A DNA stretch of 63,577 nt, the filler included, from Lenisia limosa (lineage: Eukaryota > Protista > Breviatea), in NCBI GenBank assembly GCA_001655205.1. It is 13 parts of 13 records of this genome, joined end to end, with 100 filler letters (N's around TTAATTAATTAA, not from the genome) between each part and the next. Parts side by side here need not be neighbours in the genome. Positions count along the whole stretch, not along the records: positions 49,588 to 52,332 come from LPNZ01000724.1; positions 52,433 to 58,614 come from LPNZ01008063.1; positions 58,715 to 60,043 come from LPNZ01000606.1; positions 60,144 to 62,087 come from LPNZ01008226.1; 9 more parts are not named here. The stretch is one strand, 5' to 3'. Below, piece by piece: positions 49,630 to 62,187 of the stretch (its first letter is position 1; each line of letters begins with the position of its first letter). The position numbers were made by a program, and so were the translations under genes. The notes under the pieces are model-generated. The model did not search any database, was not told where the DNA came from, and saw nothing but the letters and a program-made list of their open reading frames with translations.

Positions 49630-50068
49630 CACCAAATTGTCTTCATGCAGCTCAAAATCACCCATTCCCACTGATTGCGTCAGTGTTGGCGGTGGTGGAT
49701 AAGCTTCAGTCTTCAGTGTGCTTGGTGGAGGGGAAGGGGCTTGATCGTAGGTAAGAAAATGCTGACATAAATTCCCTGAAGTGAATTACACTCTCAAGTT
49801 TATGTATTTTTTTGCCCTCGCGGTTAACAAGATTATAAAACAATACTCCACAACGCAAAAAGAACAAATGTCAACGAAACGTCAGGGGAGGGTATGGAGG
49901 AATTCAATCATTGGAAAGCACAACGAAAATCAAGAGGACCAAGCAACCTTTTGTCGGTGGAGTCGAAGCAGGGACAGCGCGTGGTGGGGGAGCTCCCGGG
50001 GGTAACACTCTAGGAGGAGGTGCTCTGTTGACTCCTCTTGGAGGGGCCGACTGTGGAGGAGGAGGCAT
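49630..50068 (-). CDS. Proline-rich hypothetical protein, first exons
   Basis: MPPPPQSAPPRGVNRAPPPRVLPPGAPPP.. then PLPPPPSTLKTEAYPPPP.. Confidence 0.5.
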
Positions 50069-50386
50069 GCTATTCCAAATAATACTTCGGCCAAGATCTC
50101 GCTTTCTACGTTCACGCTTCTGACTATTATGATATTAAATGTGTGCTTACGTGACATAAACTTTAAGAAAAGTTATATGAGAGGAAAGAAATAACTGAAA
50201 AAAAATGTCAAAGTGATAGGGTACAACAACCAATTTTCTCAGAGTTAAAATTTATTGAAAAATTGCGCTTATCTAATCAAGTTCATTACAGTTTAAGGGT
50301 ATTGTTAGAGTGAGTCAGCTCGGTATGTGTTTTAGACTGTATTCTAATTCATGTAACAGCTTGCCAGTAGTCTAGAAGTGCTTAAA

Positions 50387-51907
50387 ATGTCAGGTTTCAT
50401 TGTCTGGAAGCCAAACTTTTCGTTTTGGGCTTTTGCTTTAACGCTGGTCTTCCTCGGTCAAAGTAAGCCATCACCTTCTCAATTCCTCCCCTGCCAATAT
50501 CATGCAATTTCAGCAATTATATGATTGTGTTGATATTTTCGTTGCATCGTCGAATAGTAGGACTGTGGAACTCCAGTTTCACCAATCTGTGTAATTTGGT
50601 AACAAGTAAAAAATGAAGTTGATTCAGTAAGTTGATCAGATGAAGATTAATTTAATGTATTGTAAGATTCTCCTTACTATTCCTATTTGACAATTGACAG
50701 CCCATTCCCTCTCGACATGCAAACCCAGGTCGGTGGTCAGTGCTCCAGTTGTCATCTCAGACGGCCTTCAGAACAACCTTTATTCTGCGAACATCGATTG
50801 CGAATGGGTTATTGACACGCCTGGAGCAGAGTACCTTGCAATGAGAGTTGGGTGGGGGATGAAAAGTAACATTATTAAACAGATGAACACAGATCAAAAC
50901 ACTATTTATTTTGTAATCTAAATAGTGCGTACAAGAGATATTTGTAGTTATGACATCTCATTTATTTAGGTTCTTTGGATGAAGACTGAGTGCAGGTGAG
51001 TGAGCCAGTTGTCATATATTTTCTATTTTCTCTTCTAATCCGCCACATTTGCACTATTTATTCACTCATGGTGAAAACATCTGAATGTGTACATTTTCCC
51101 CCTCTCCCCCTGTTCTGTACTATTTATTTGGGCTGTACCATAATCGTATGGCAGATTGGAATTATATTGGTTGTAATATCCCAGTTACGACTTTGTGCGA
51201 GTCTATGCCGGGCCTTCATTTTCATCCCCTGCCGTTGCTGCTTGGTCCGGACTGGTGTGACGGGGGCTGATTACAGGATTACTGTTGATGAAAATTTTCG
51301 AATTATAGTCTAATACGTGTTAATTAAGTGCCGTTATTTGGTCATCAACACCTCCGAGCAATCTATTTGAACCTGATCTGGATTATTCTATGTGTTTTTG
51401 AATTAAAATTCTCAAACCCTATGCGAGGTAGATAATGTCCCCATGACTGAATATAGGTTGACGCTGGTACAACGATAGTGATCCAAGGCTCACAAGCGCT
51501 TGTGCATTTCTATAGGTTTGAAGATGAGCTGCTTTAACAAGTGTTTTTTTTTGAATGCGTCTTCACTTTGATAGAATTCTTTAATATTTGAGGAGCTTAA
51601 ATATCAAAATATCATCTGATCTATGTGAAATATCGAGATACTATGGGTAATTGTATTGATCTATGTAATCAATATTCCAGAAATTAAGATTTAAAGGTTT
51701 TGGGAGCCGAACCACTGGCTTTTTTTTTATAACCAAAACAGTGATGTATACCTGGTGGACCAAGGGTTCGCAATGGAGATAGAGCCCGGACCGTGTGCTT
51801 TTAATTGTTCCGACCATGGAAAATGTCAAGCGGACAGATGCCAGTGTGACAGCGGATGGGATGGTGCAGTTTGTTCCGAAAAAATCACCAGTCTGTTGGG
51901 GGAGCGA
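50387..51907 (+). CDS. Secreted CUB + EGF protein (attractin/MEGF8-like N-terminus), partial
   Basis: Signal-like MSGFIVWKPNFSFWAFALTLVFLG; CUB pieces YSANIDCEWVI, WMKTEC, YDFVRVYAGPSFSSPAVAAWSG; EGF CAFNCSDHGKCQADRCQCDSGWDGAVC. Confidence 0.75.
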
Positions 51908-52432
51908 GTGTTCCTTTTTTTTCATATGCTTACACAAATGATGCATTTCATTATAGTATTCATATATGTGTGTATGTAGAATAAATATATGATATAGTAC
52001 TATAATAGGACTATGCATATCACTTTTATTTATATGTATGTTAACACATATCCACTAGTGAAGTGATCAAATGACCGACTTTCAAGAATGATGAACGAAG
52101 AAAACACGAGGGTTCATCCCAAGTGTATAAGAGTATCATTGAGACTTGTCAGTCAATTATCATACGAGTGAATATGAGTTATCATATCACTGCGTGGAAA
52201 ATGATAGTTCACACGGGTGAAAATGATCCAAAAAGTGATATGATAGGTATGTTATACGATATAGTATACTACATGTATATCATATATACTATATGATATA
52301 CATAGCTATATATATATATGATATACATAGCTNNNNNNNNNNNNNNNNNNNNNNNNNNNNNNNNNNNNNNNNNNNNTTAATTAATTAANNNNNNNNNNNN
52401 NNNNNNNNNNNNNNNNNNNNNNNNNNNNNNNN

Positions 52433-52509
52433 ACACAAGCAAGGGTTGATAACAACAACACAAACAAAGCCCAAGCCATTCGCTTCTGCAGCACCGCACT
52501 CCAGCGTAC
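52433..52509 (-). repeat. Repeat B 5' part, sense to the RBM34-like gene
   Basis: Reverse complement gtacgctggagtgcggtgctgcagaagcgaatggcttgggctttg...atcaacccttg. Confidence 0.8.
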
Positions 52510-52906
52510 GTAAGTCATCAAAAATAAAATAAAAAAAGCGGGGATTTTCTCAACCACGTATTCGGTTTAATTACGTCTAGGGATCCCCATGGTCCCAAAA
52601 AAATCGATATTATAAAGGTGTTTATCGGACTGAAGGGAAGCCCTAATTACCCCCCCCCCCCCNNNNNNNNNNNNNNNNNNNNNNNNNNNNNNNNNNNNNN
52701 NNNNNNNNNNNNNNNNNNNNNNNNNNNNNNNNNNNNNNNNNNNNNNNNNNNNNNNNNNNNNNNNNNNNNNNNNNNNNNNNNNNNNNNNNNNNNNNNNNNN
52801 NNNNNNNNNNNNNNNNNNNNNNNNNNNNNNNNNNNNNNNNACAAAAAAAAAGCCCAAAATCAATTCTGTTGGTAAACAAACAAGGGGTGAGAACATAACG
52901 TTTCTA

Positions 52907-52983
52907 CAGTGATCGGGATAAGTCTTGACCGATTTGTTTTGTGATTTCCCTTGGAAAATCGGTCAAGACTTATCCAGTCACTG
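52907..52983. mobile_element. Tc1/mariner-type MITE
   Basis: ta|cagtgatcgggataagtcttgaccg...cggtcaagacttatccagtcactg|ta. Confidence 0.88.
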
Positions 52984-53089
52984 TACTTTTTAGAAGATAG
53001 ATCAGAAATAGAAGGGGGGGGGGGCAGGAATATGAAACTATCAGACAGAAGCCGCATTATCACTTGCTTGAGAGGTCAGAGCCACTCAC

Positions 53090-55002
53090 ATTCTGATGTG
53101 TTCCTCCAGGGATATTTGAGACAAAAACGGTTCGCTCGGCCTTCTCATCCTCGACCTTCTTTTCTGAGACCTTCTTCTCAAACTTTTCGCGCTTTTTCTG
53201 TTCCGTGAAGACGGCAACTGCGGCGGCACTGGCTGCCACTTTCCTCCGAGCCTCCCTGGGGGGGGGGGTGAAACAAAGGCAGTTTCTATGAAGAATATTG
53301 GCGTAATGGTACCCACGAAACGAAGCGAAATACTGTTTTCCAAAAGAGAGAAGCAAAACCACAATGAGTATAGTCAAGAACCAGTGAGAGAGCGTGAAAT
53401 GAACGAAATGTATGAAATTAATAAAAACGAAGGAAATTTCTATGAAGGTAATAGGAACTAACCCCCTAACCAAATAATCTAAAACCCAAGGAATAATGGA
53501 AAAATTGTTGGCACAACATTTGAAAAACACACGAGGGTTGATAACAACAAAACANNNNNNNNNNNNNNNNNNNNNNNNNNNNNNNNNNNNNNNNNNNNNN
53601 NNNNNNNNNNNNNNNNNNNNNNNNNNTCCTTGGTTTTACGGAGGGCATTGTCACCACGTTTGAAATGCATAATGAGTGATTCCCTACGATCCGAAAAAGA
53701 CCGTCGCGATATCGAAAATTGTCGAGGAGTGTTTAAAATCATATGCTTTGCCAAGTGAATGACAAAGCAAAACTGTCGACGTCTTGTAAAATGATATAAT
53801 ATGCGATTTCATATTATTGTCTTTCACGCTAATCCTCTTCATTGCATTTTTCTTGGTTTTGCCCCCCCCCCATACATGAACTTAGTCTGGGCATCCTTCC
53901 GTGCCGGGGACCACTTGGCTTTCTTCTCCTTCTTCGGTTTCTTCTTTTCCGTCTTCTTGTCTTCAAGCCCATCGTCTCCAACAACAGCCTTCTCGCCAGA
54001 AAAGTCGGCCTTCTTCTCAGTCTTCTCGTCATCTTTCTCTTTCGTCTCACTCTTCTCCTCCTTGTCACCATCCTTTTCCTTCTTCTCTTCAGCCTTCTTC
54101 ATGGACGATTTGTTCTTGGCTTTGCTTTCTTCCTCCGATTTAATGATCTGAAGTGTGAGGTCTTTTTCAAACAGTCCGCTGAATATTGACATGTTTCGTG
54201 CTTTCCTTGTTAACAACAATGTATTGCGAACTACCAATATTGATCACAAGTGCCAAAGCTTCCATTTTATTATCAAGGCCAAGTAAAATGTCAAGATATA
54301 TATGAAGGCTTTATCGCAACTATTCGTTCATATTCAGGGATTTATGCAGACTTTCAGGCTTAAGATCAACCCATTTCAAAGGATGGTATTAATTGTCACT
54401 AGTACACTCATCTTCATATTTACTACTCGGTGTTTGGACTTACGGTGTAATCAGATTAATCAGCTTATTGCAAGTTTTAACGCAGAATTACAAGTATTAA
54501 CGCAGAATCATTATCCCTTCGGGATCCAATATGGTTTACTTGTCATTTCGAAAACCGGATACTCACCAGAATGCTCTCCTTATTCCCATGCATACCTCAT
54601 GGAGATTGATTTCCATTGTCTGCTCCTCACCCTTGGCAGCAGCGAGAGCCTTCCTAGCTTCCTCAATGCTGGATTTGGGGGTCTACATGGTCACAAACAG
54701 GGAGGTCATCAGACAAAACAAAGTTAGTCCATTTTGCCGCCCAAGCTTACAACTTCTAAGTTTTCAAACTCATTTCTGCCGTAAGAGAACTTGGGGAGAA
54801 CAAAAGGGGTTGTGTCACCAGGAGCTGGGTATTCAGAAGGGGAAGCTGAGTCTTCGATATCAGTTTTTGAGTCCTTAGCGGCAGATTTCTTCTCAGCATT
54901 CTTCCGGGACTTCTTTCCTTTGGGAAGTTGAGCAACAGGTACTTCAACTACTTTCTTCTTAAGTTGCGAAGGGGCTTCAAACATGGAAGATAGTCCCTCC
55001 AT
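53090..55002 (-). CDS. Lys/Glu-rich nucleolar RRM protein (RBM34/Nop12-like), 5' part
   Basis: Long KE-rich N-terminus followed by EDEKAERTVFVSNIP (RNP2-like, as in RBM34 ERTVFVGNLP). The rest of the RRM was not resolved. Confidence 0.55.
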
Positions 55003-55272
55003 GATGACTTTTAAAAGGAAAATTGGATTGCACCAAAAACACTTTTAAAGGCTCCCGGCCGCGTATCATATAGCCACACTTTCATACAACGGTCCCCCAT
55101 GAAAAACAGAAGAAAAATACAAAAATACAAAATATCCAATCATCCAATCATCACGCTTCTAAATGTAACATCGTGTTAATTGTTCCACAATATAAAATAG
55201 AATTAGCAATGTAACAAGAGAAAGAGACCAAGAGTCTCTGTTTTCGCTTGATCATTATCGTAGACGACAGAA

Positions 55273-58200
55273 ATGGCCACCCCAGATGCTTCTTCGCTTC
55301 ATTGTAGGTTTATTGAAGATTATATGATGGCATATTGCCCTCAGTACGCTTTCTTCTAAATCTTTTCATGACATAGCAGTCCCATTCCCCTTCTCTGTAC
55401 TGATAATTCTTATCAAAACTTGAAAAATCCTCATTTTGGGGGGAGATTGCTAGTTTTTGACCCTTCCGAGTCTAGCTTTTGGATGATAGTTCACGTTTGT
55501 GTGTTCCATGGGTTGGTGGCCTGATAGCATTCTTAACATGATCATTTCACCCTCCTTCTTGAACCTTTTTAAATTCTCAGCTCTATTCCACATTTAACCA
55601 TTTCTAACCCAACATTCCTCTTTTACCTCCTTTCCTCTTGTTACACCTTATCCAACCTTTCCTCTTGTTATCCAACCTTTCCTCTTGTTACACCTTAACC
55701 AACCTTTCCTCTTGTTACACCTTAACCAACCTTCCTCTTGTTACCCCTTAACCAACCTTTCCTCTTGTTACCCCTTAACCATGACAGTGCTGGTGGATGA
55801 CTGGTCCAACTTCAACCGAGGCGACCGTCTATGTTGGGTTATTGAACGTGGGAGGAGGAATATGAAATACTGTGGGTATGATAATATACAAATATGTGTA
55901 CTATTATGTGGGGGGGGGGGGAGGTCATATTGNNNNNNNNNNNNNNNNNNNNNNNNNNNNNNNNNNNNNNNNNNNNNNNNNNNNNNNNNNNTTGCTATTC
56001 CGTTGCAAGTAGACCAATATAGTATTATTGCTACTCCAGGCTATCGACAGCACCAACTTTCATTATTTATGACTTTTTAACAACTCCAATGATTTTTGAC
56101 ATGGTTGAGTTTTTCGAATAATGTTGTACACTGTAAACAATTAAGCAAAGCTTTTTTTAAGTTTAAATAATCATAATACATATTTGAATTCCAAATTTCG
56201 TCAGTTTCTCTCCTTAAGTATTTTATTCTACCAATTTCCAAAAGTTGGTTGTTTGTTTGGAGATTGTCACAAAACAGATCTGAAATCTCACGTTGCGATT
56301 GAAGGATGTCAAGGTGCTCCACGTACCCCAAAACCAAGGTGGGGAGGTGGTGAGATTAATCAGTTCAAGCACTATATGGCCAATATATTTTAAAACCTTG
56401 TTCTGTATTTCATAATGTATATATGATATTATATCATATACTATATGGTCATTATAGTCCCTCACATACCCAAATTATTGTCATATTGCTGACATAGATC
56501 AGTATTATCACTTTCCAATATTTAGCGAAACAAACAGTTCAACCGGTGTTTGTGTAGCGTACCTGAGCTCATCACTCTTTTTCTCTGCTCAGCAGTTTTT
56601 TTACGAATATCTCTGCAGTTTTTTGAAGAAGATCTCTGCTCTTTAGTTTTAAGATTATCTCAGCTTTCAGTTTGTTAAGAATTCTATCAGTTTTTTTAGA
56701 ATTCTAAAAGTTTTTGATGTTTTAGAGCCGTATGCGCGGAAGTTGGCAAAGGCCAACCAGCCACAGGCACCGTGTAGGGAGATGGGGTGTATACCCAAGA
56801 AGACGTAATTTCTCGATAAATCCTCGATAAATGACGATATTTTACCGGTAATTGTCTGACTGTAGGGAAGCCCTAGCTTTAATACATAGGGTATGTGTGG
56901 GGTACTGTAGGGATGCGGTACTAGCAAGCGAACTGTGTTGGGTTCGACTCAAACACCCCCATGATGGGATGCGGTGCTGCAGAAGCGACTGNNNNNNNNN
57001 NNNNNNNNNNNNNNNNNNNNNNNNNNNNNNNNNNNNNNNNNNNNNNNNNNNNNNNNNNNNNNNNNNNNNNNNNNATTTTCCAATTTTACTCTCCCCCCAG
57101 GAACCTTGTGCTGGATACGGAAGTCCGATTTGTTGCATCAGAGTACCGAGTCGTGATTGTGGTGGACCTCTCTAGGAGCACTGCAGTGGGAGGGGGGTAT
57201 AATGGGTGTATGTGGGGGGTTGGGATTGAATTTCTCAATAAATCCTTGATAATTTTCGATATTTTATCGTTATTTTGGGACCGTGGAAGCCCTTGATATT
57301 TTTTTATTCACACAGACTGTGCCTTTTGAAGGCGACTCAGTTGGCCTCGATCGGATCATTGTTGCTCTCGAGCAGACCCTGTTGTCCCTTGCTGAGACAT
57401 ACTCCTTGCCTGGAGGTATGCTTTTGTTGAAAGTTGAAAAATCTATAAATATCTACGATTCGAAGCCATTGTTGCTCACCATCTCAGCGGAAGCGTCCCT
57501 CTTTAGCCCAGTTGTTCACCTGTCAATTATCGGCCAGGGTGGAGGAAAGTTGGCCATACATTATTCGGGATTTCCTCTTTTCTAAAATGACAGGCAGAGT
57601 GTAACTACACATACATGTATTTCACCCTCACCGCAATGTTTGAGCAAAAGAAGTGTTTTTTTAACAGTATTCTTGTTTTTGTAATTGTTTTTAAACTCTC
57701 AAAGGCGGAGTTGCATAATTTCTTCGAAATTATTTTCATAGAATACAAATTATCCTTCCTCACCACCTCCCTCGTTTGTTTTGTTTTGTTGGATTCAACT
57801 CTCATGAGTTGCTAGCCAACAGAGTTGATTTTCGGCTATTTTTGTTTTATAAATTTTCCAATTTACCCCACCCTTCTCCACAGCATGCCAATTAGAATCC
57901 TGGTACACGACATTCTGTTAACTCCAGAAAGCCTCATGTCAACCTTGTCTAATGTATGGGGGAGTATGGGATTTTATGTTGTTTTGTCATGAAATTATCT
58001 GTTTTATTTTTGTTTTTGAGCCTTTGCAAATTTCTCAAATGCTAAATTCACCAATTCTCATTTCACCCCCCCCCCCCAATGGGATGTGNNNNNNNNNNNN
58101 NNNNNNNNNNNNNNNNNNNNNNNNNNNNNNNNNNNNNNNNNNNNNNNNNNNNNNNNNNNNNNNNNNNNNNNNNNNNNNNNNNNNNTCGTTCGTTTTACCC

Positions 58201-58298
58201 CTCCCCCCTCTTTTAGGTGCGAAGACGTCTGTTGGAAGTCGAGCATAAACTGGTCAAATCCAGGGTTAAGGAAGAGTCTACACTACAGTCATGGAGGG
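55273..58298 (+). CDS. SZT2: SZT2 (KICSTOR subunit) homolog, 5' part
   Basis: Spliced MATPDASSLHL|LVDDWSNFNRGDRLCWVIE|HLKSHV..VRFVASEYRVVIVVDLSRSTA|..IIVALEQTLLSLAETYSLPG|..FSPVVHLSII..RILVHDILL tracks the SZT2 N-terminus (RISRNVRLAWFLSHL..FLA.QYRFVIELDLSPST..FQPEIYVTI..QVLVQG). Confidence 0.82.
55630..55780. repeat. 27-bp minisatellite at the 3' end of SZT2 intron 1, ~6 copies
   Basis: Unit ccaacctttcctcttgttac(a/c)ccttaa; the last unit is followed by ccatgacag| (acceptor at 55787). Confidence 0.88.
56962..57100 (+). repeat. Repeat B copy ending at an SZT2 3' splice site
   Basis: gatgggatgcggtgctgcagaagcgactg..[N]..attttccaattttactctccccccag|gaaccttgtg. Confidence 0.85.
57775..57883 (+). 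repeat. Repeat B copy ending at an SZT2 3' splice site
   Basis: gctagccaacagagttgattttcggct...ataaattttccaatttaccccacccttctccacag|catgccaatt. Confidence 0.82.
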
Positions 58299-61200
58299 GT
58301 GGGGGGGGGTGGCTTGGTAAGGTTGTCGTTCAATTTGCTCTAGAATATTGGAGAGGCTAAATATAACGACTTTCTACCTTGCTCTAGAAGATTGTAGTAA
58401 CGACTCGCTACCTTGCTCTAACAACATATCCCTCTTTTGTCCGAATTGGGCTCGGTTAAGATTACATAATGTAGATCCGGTTTAACCTCTGTAGGAGATC
58501 TAATGGGTACGCTAAACACAGCGCTCCTCTCCGTGTCTCTACATCAGAGCACTGCAGCGTCCTGTGTTGTCCTAATTACGGACGGGGTGGAGGGCATGGC
58601 TGATACGGATTGGTNNNNNNNNNNNNNNNNNNNNNNNNNNNNNNNNNNNNNNNNNNNNTTAATTAATTAANNNNNNNNNNNNNNNNNNNNNNNNNNNNNN
58701 NNNNNNNNNNNNNNGAGTTCCGGAAAAAAGGCGGTTCTCTTACTTCAGGATCCGGAAGAAGAGTGAAGGAACCTGCAGGAGGAACACTGGAATATTAATT
58801 CATGCTCAGAGCAACTCATATCAAATGATATGGCATAGTGTAATGATAAAGCATCGGTTTCTCTTTATCGTTGTTTGAAAAATAAAATGTAAGAAGACTT
58901 AGTTATAAAAACAAACAAGCCTGTAGCGGAAAGCCAAGGAACGCAACGTCATTATCTTTCCTTCAACATAAATCATCTTTTCTCACCTTAAATTTGTCAC
59001 TTTTCTGACTTCTTGGGATGTAGGCACTTGCAATGTAGCAATAGCTTCAGAAGATGCAGGTTTCCTGAATAGTCAAAAGCAAAAGATATAATGTAATATG
59101 CAAATAATAATTATGATACGATTATATGATCTAGGTTTTAGTATATCATATTTGTTTCACATTCAATTGAATACTTTATCACAACATACACAGTATTAGA
59201 ACGATACATGATAAAAAAGATTGCAAACCAATGATTTCCTCTGTTAACCTGGACTTTTCTAACTCCACCACAACGAAGACACTAGAGCCATTAATTAAAT
59301 TAAGCTTAATCTTAGGAAATTTTCAGTAGTCCAACAATACATTTTCACACAATAATTAAAAAGAACTTGGGAGAGGAGAGGGGGGGGGGACAAATGGGTT
59401 CATTTTGAGAATTGTGAAACTAGTTTCACATAAAATAATTGGGGTGAGAGGATGTAAAAAGAGGTTCGTACAGTTTCTAAAATTATACAACGCCAAAACA
59501 CAGATTCCACTCTCTTCACCTCTGAAAGTGAGCAAGACACACCCTAGAAACAATATCCCCCAAACGTTTGCATCATGAAAGGCATCGCAAAACCAGAACG
59601 ATTCAAAACAGCGCAGACAAACAAGAGATGTATTGCGAGAGGAGTATCGCTCTCCTAACTTTCTCAGCGAAGTCTTCCTGCGGAGATGAGATGAACCCTT
59701 GTAAATGAAAATGAGAAAACACCAAATTGAATTGTGTTCGTTAACACAGTGTATGTAGTGCAGCAATACAATACTAATACTAAGTTATACCAAAATATTA
59801 GTTTCATGACAATCAGATAACACAATCCCCAACCAATGGTATAATAAACAATAGTATCAACCATAGTACACGACAAAGAACGATTGGTCGCCACTGCACT
59901 ACTACAGATAATTGGTATATAAAAACCTATTATGAACATGCATAAATAATTATCGTATTGAAAAGAGCTTCACTTTCTGTTCCAAAAGATCGGTCACGGT
60001 ATAGATAGTTATTTTCGAAAATTCACTCATAAACCCAAAAAAANNNNNNNNNNNNNNNNNNNNNNNNNNNNNNNNNNNNNNNNNNNNTTAATTAATTAAN
60101 NNNNNNNNNNNNNNNNNNNNNNNNNNNNNNNNNNNNNNNNNNNCGCTGAAATAAAAATGTTGCAACAAATAAAAGTTAGTATCATTTTTGTTAGCAACAA
60201 GAGTACTACGACAATTGTCTCAGTCATATGCCATAATTTTAGCAAATTTTTCGCATATTTCAAATAAACTCACAGATATATGGACGGTGTGATATATAGT
60301 ATTGACGTTATTGATCTGGTGGTTTACCAATTGTATGATTTTGCAATACTTTTGACTGAAAATATATATATCAATATATTAACTCTTTTCATCTATCATC
60401 TATTGAATAAAATATCTAACCTTGTCTTAGTATTTGTTTTGCTCTTCTACTTTTATCACTTTTACTTCCACCATATCTTCTATCATGTTTGGAATGCTGA
60501 AGAATGTTGTGAGGAAACAAACAAAATCTCCCGGTCCAACCTGAAATGAAGGGGTTAGTTTGGACCGACCGCGGTCGAGCCGAAAAAAAGAAGCCAGGTC
60601 GGGAAAAAAAAAAGAAGCCAGGTCGGGAAAAAAAAAAGTTCAAATTTGGAAGTTTGGTTAATTTAACTAAATTTAACCAATCCCTCCCCCCCCCCCCCCN
60701 NNNNNNNNNNNNNNNNNNNNNNNNNNNNNNNNNNNNNNNNNNNNNNNNNNNNNNNNNNNNNNNNNGTCTGCTGTGCAACTGTGGTGCTGTGGTATTATAT
60801 TCACCTCACCTCCGTAAGCTTCCTCTTCACAGGGGCAGCCAATTTGAAATCCGCAGGATTTGTAACCACGCCATTTTTCGCTTCACAGGTTAATGGATTC
60901 CAAATGTGTTCCGGGTGCTCTACGGTGGACGTCTGAGGAGATTGCTGTCACTGGTTTGTGGGGGGGGGGGGTANNNNNNNNNNNNNNNNNNNNNNNNNNN
61001 NNNNNNNNNNNNNNNNNNNNNNNNNNNNNNNNNNNNNNNNNNNNNNNNTTGGAGAGATGGGAAGCGTTACCCATTTTAGAATCACCCGAGCATAGTAAGA
61101 GAACCTTAAAGCGAAAAGAGAGCTATGAAGCCGCGCACCTAATACAGTCCAGTCTTGCTTCTGAGTAGGTGATACCTCAATAATCTGTTTTGTTATCCTT

Positions 61201-61816
61201 AATTCTTAATTGAGTAGGTTTTATGCTTAAATTACATACTCATTATTACATTTTAATACTTCACACCTTTCTATTGTGGCTTGGAATCCTCAATAATGTG
61301 TCTTACAAATTACAATGTCCTTGACATTGAGTAGGCTTTGAGCTTAAATGACCGAATGTACCATAATCATTATTTATGTATATATTTCTCGCCTTGCTAT
61401 TTAAGTTGGAAGCCTCAATAATCTATCTTTGATTACACTTGTTGTTGTTGAATTTTATCTTACCCTTGTTGATTTAATATATGTATGTACCTAATGGTAA
61501 GATACGAAGTGACGCCGTACTTATCATCTTTGGTCAATCTGCATCCATTATGCTTTTATTGTTTTCTTATCATAGATGGACACTTAAGGAGTGAAAGATA
61601 TAATATACTTCAATGTTGCGGAATAATACAAGAAAATAAGGTAAATTTAGGGCTTTTTTATTTCATAATTTTTCCAATTCTACCTCCCCCCCTCTATTCA
61701 GGTTCTGTCGTATATTACCACTCACTGTTGCGACATTCTTCCGACACTCCGTTCTCATATCCACCCAACCACCATCTCATATATACATCCACTCCATTTC
61801 TCATATCATTGATAAC

Positions 61817-61884
61817 CTGGGCTTCACTTTCGGTCGATAAACTCAATATTTTATCAGTCTTTTTCTTAACGAAGTGAAGCCCTA
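61817..61884. mobile_element. hAT-type MITE, internally deleted
   Basis: gggcttcactttcgg...cgaagtgaagcccta; TSD ttgataac / ttgatatc. Confidence 0.82.
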
Positions 61885-62187
61885 TTGATATCACCCTTTT
61901 TGTTCAGTACCGCCCACCCAACCCTCATCATCTGATATCTCCATCCACTCCATTCCTCATATCATTGGTCACACCAATCCATCACCATCTCATATCCATC
62001 TACTCTGTTCTCATTTTATAAAGTATTTGAAAATTCTTGCTTTCTTCGATTTGTTCTTTATCTATTTTCCCCTGTGATTTGTGATATNNNNNNNNNNNNN
62101 NNNNNNNNNNNNNNNNNNNNNNNNNNNNNNNTTAATTAATTAANNNNNNNNNNNNNNNNNNNNNNNNNNNNNNNNNNNNNNNNNNNN

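Noticed and set aside
55304-55787. U12-type intron suggested by CCTTAAC
   Set aside because: The donor is GTAGGT, not GTATCCTT or ATATCCTT; no AT-AC introns were found in the window.
56905-56960. tRNA or tRNA-derived SINE head (GGTTCGACTC B-box) upstream of repeat B; GTTCGACTC also at 17828
   Set aside because: No cloverleaf or A-box, and spacing to B differs (~10-20 versus ~90 bp). tRNAscan-SE and a genome-wide alignment of B 5' flanks would settle it.
9848-58298. Alternative genetic code
   Set aside because: Recognisable exons of AP2A, PP2A, SHQ1, CSN7, dynein and SZT2 have no in-frame stops at conserved positions.
58715-62087. Genes on the two short scaffolds near the end
   Set aside because: Some exon-like segments with splice signals exist (e.g. 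~59010-59090 on -, ~60770-60955 on +), but frame and identity could not be established, so they are not reported as CDS.
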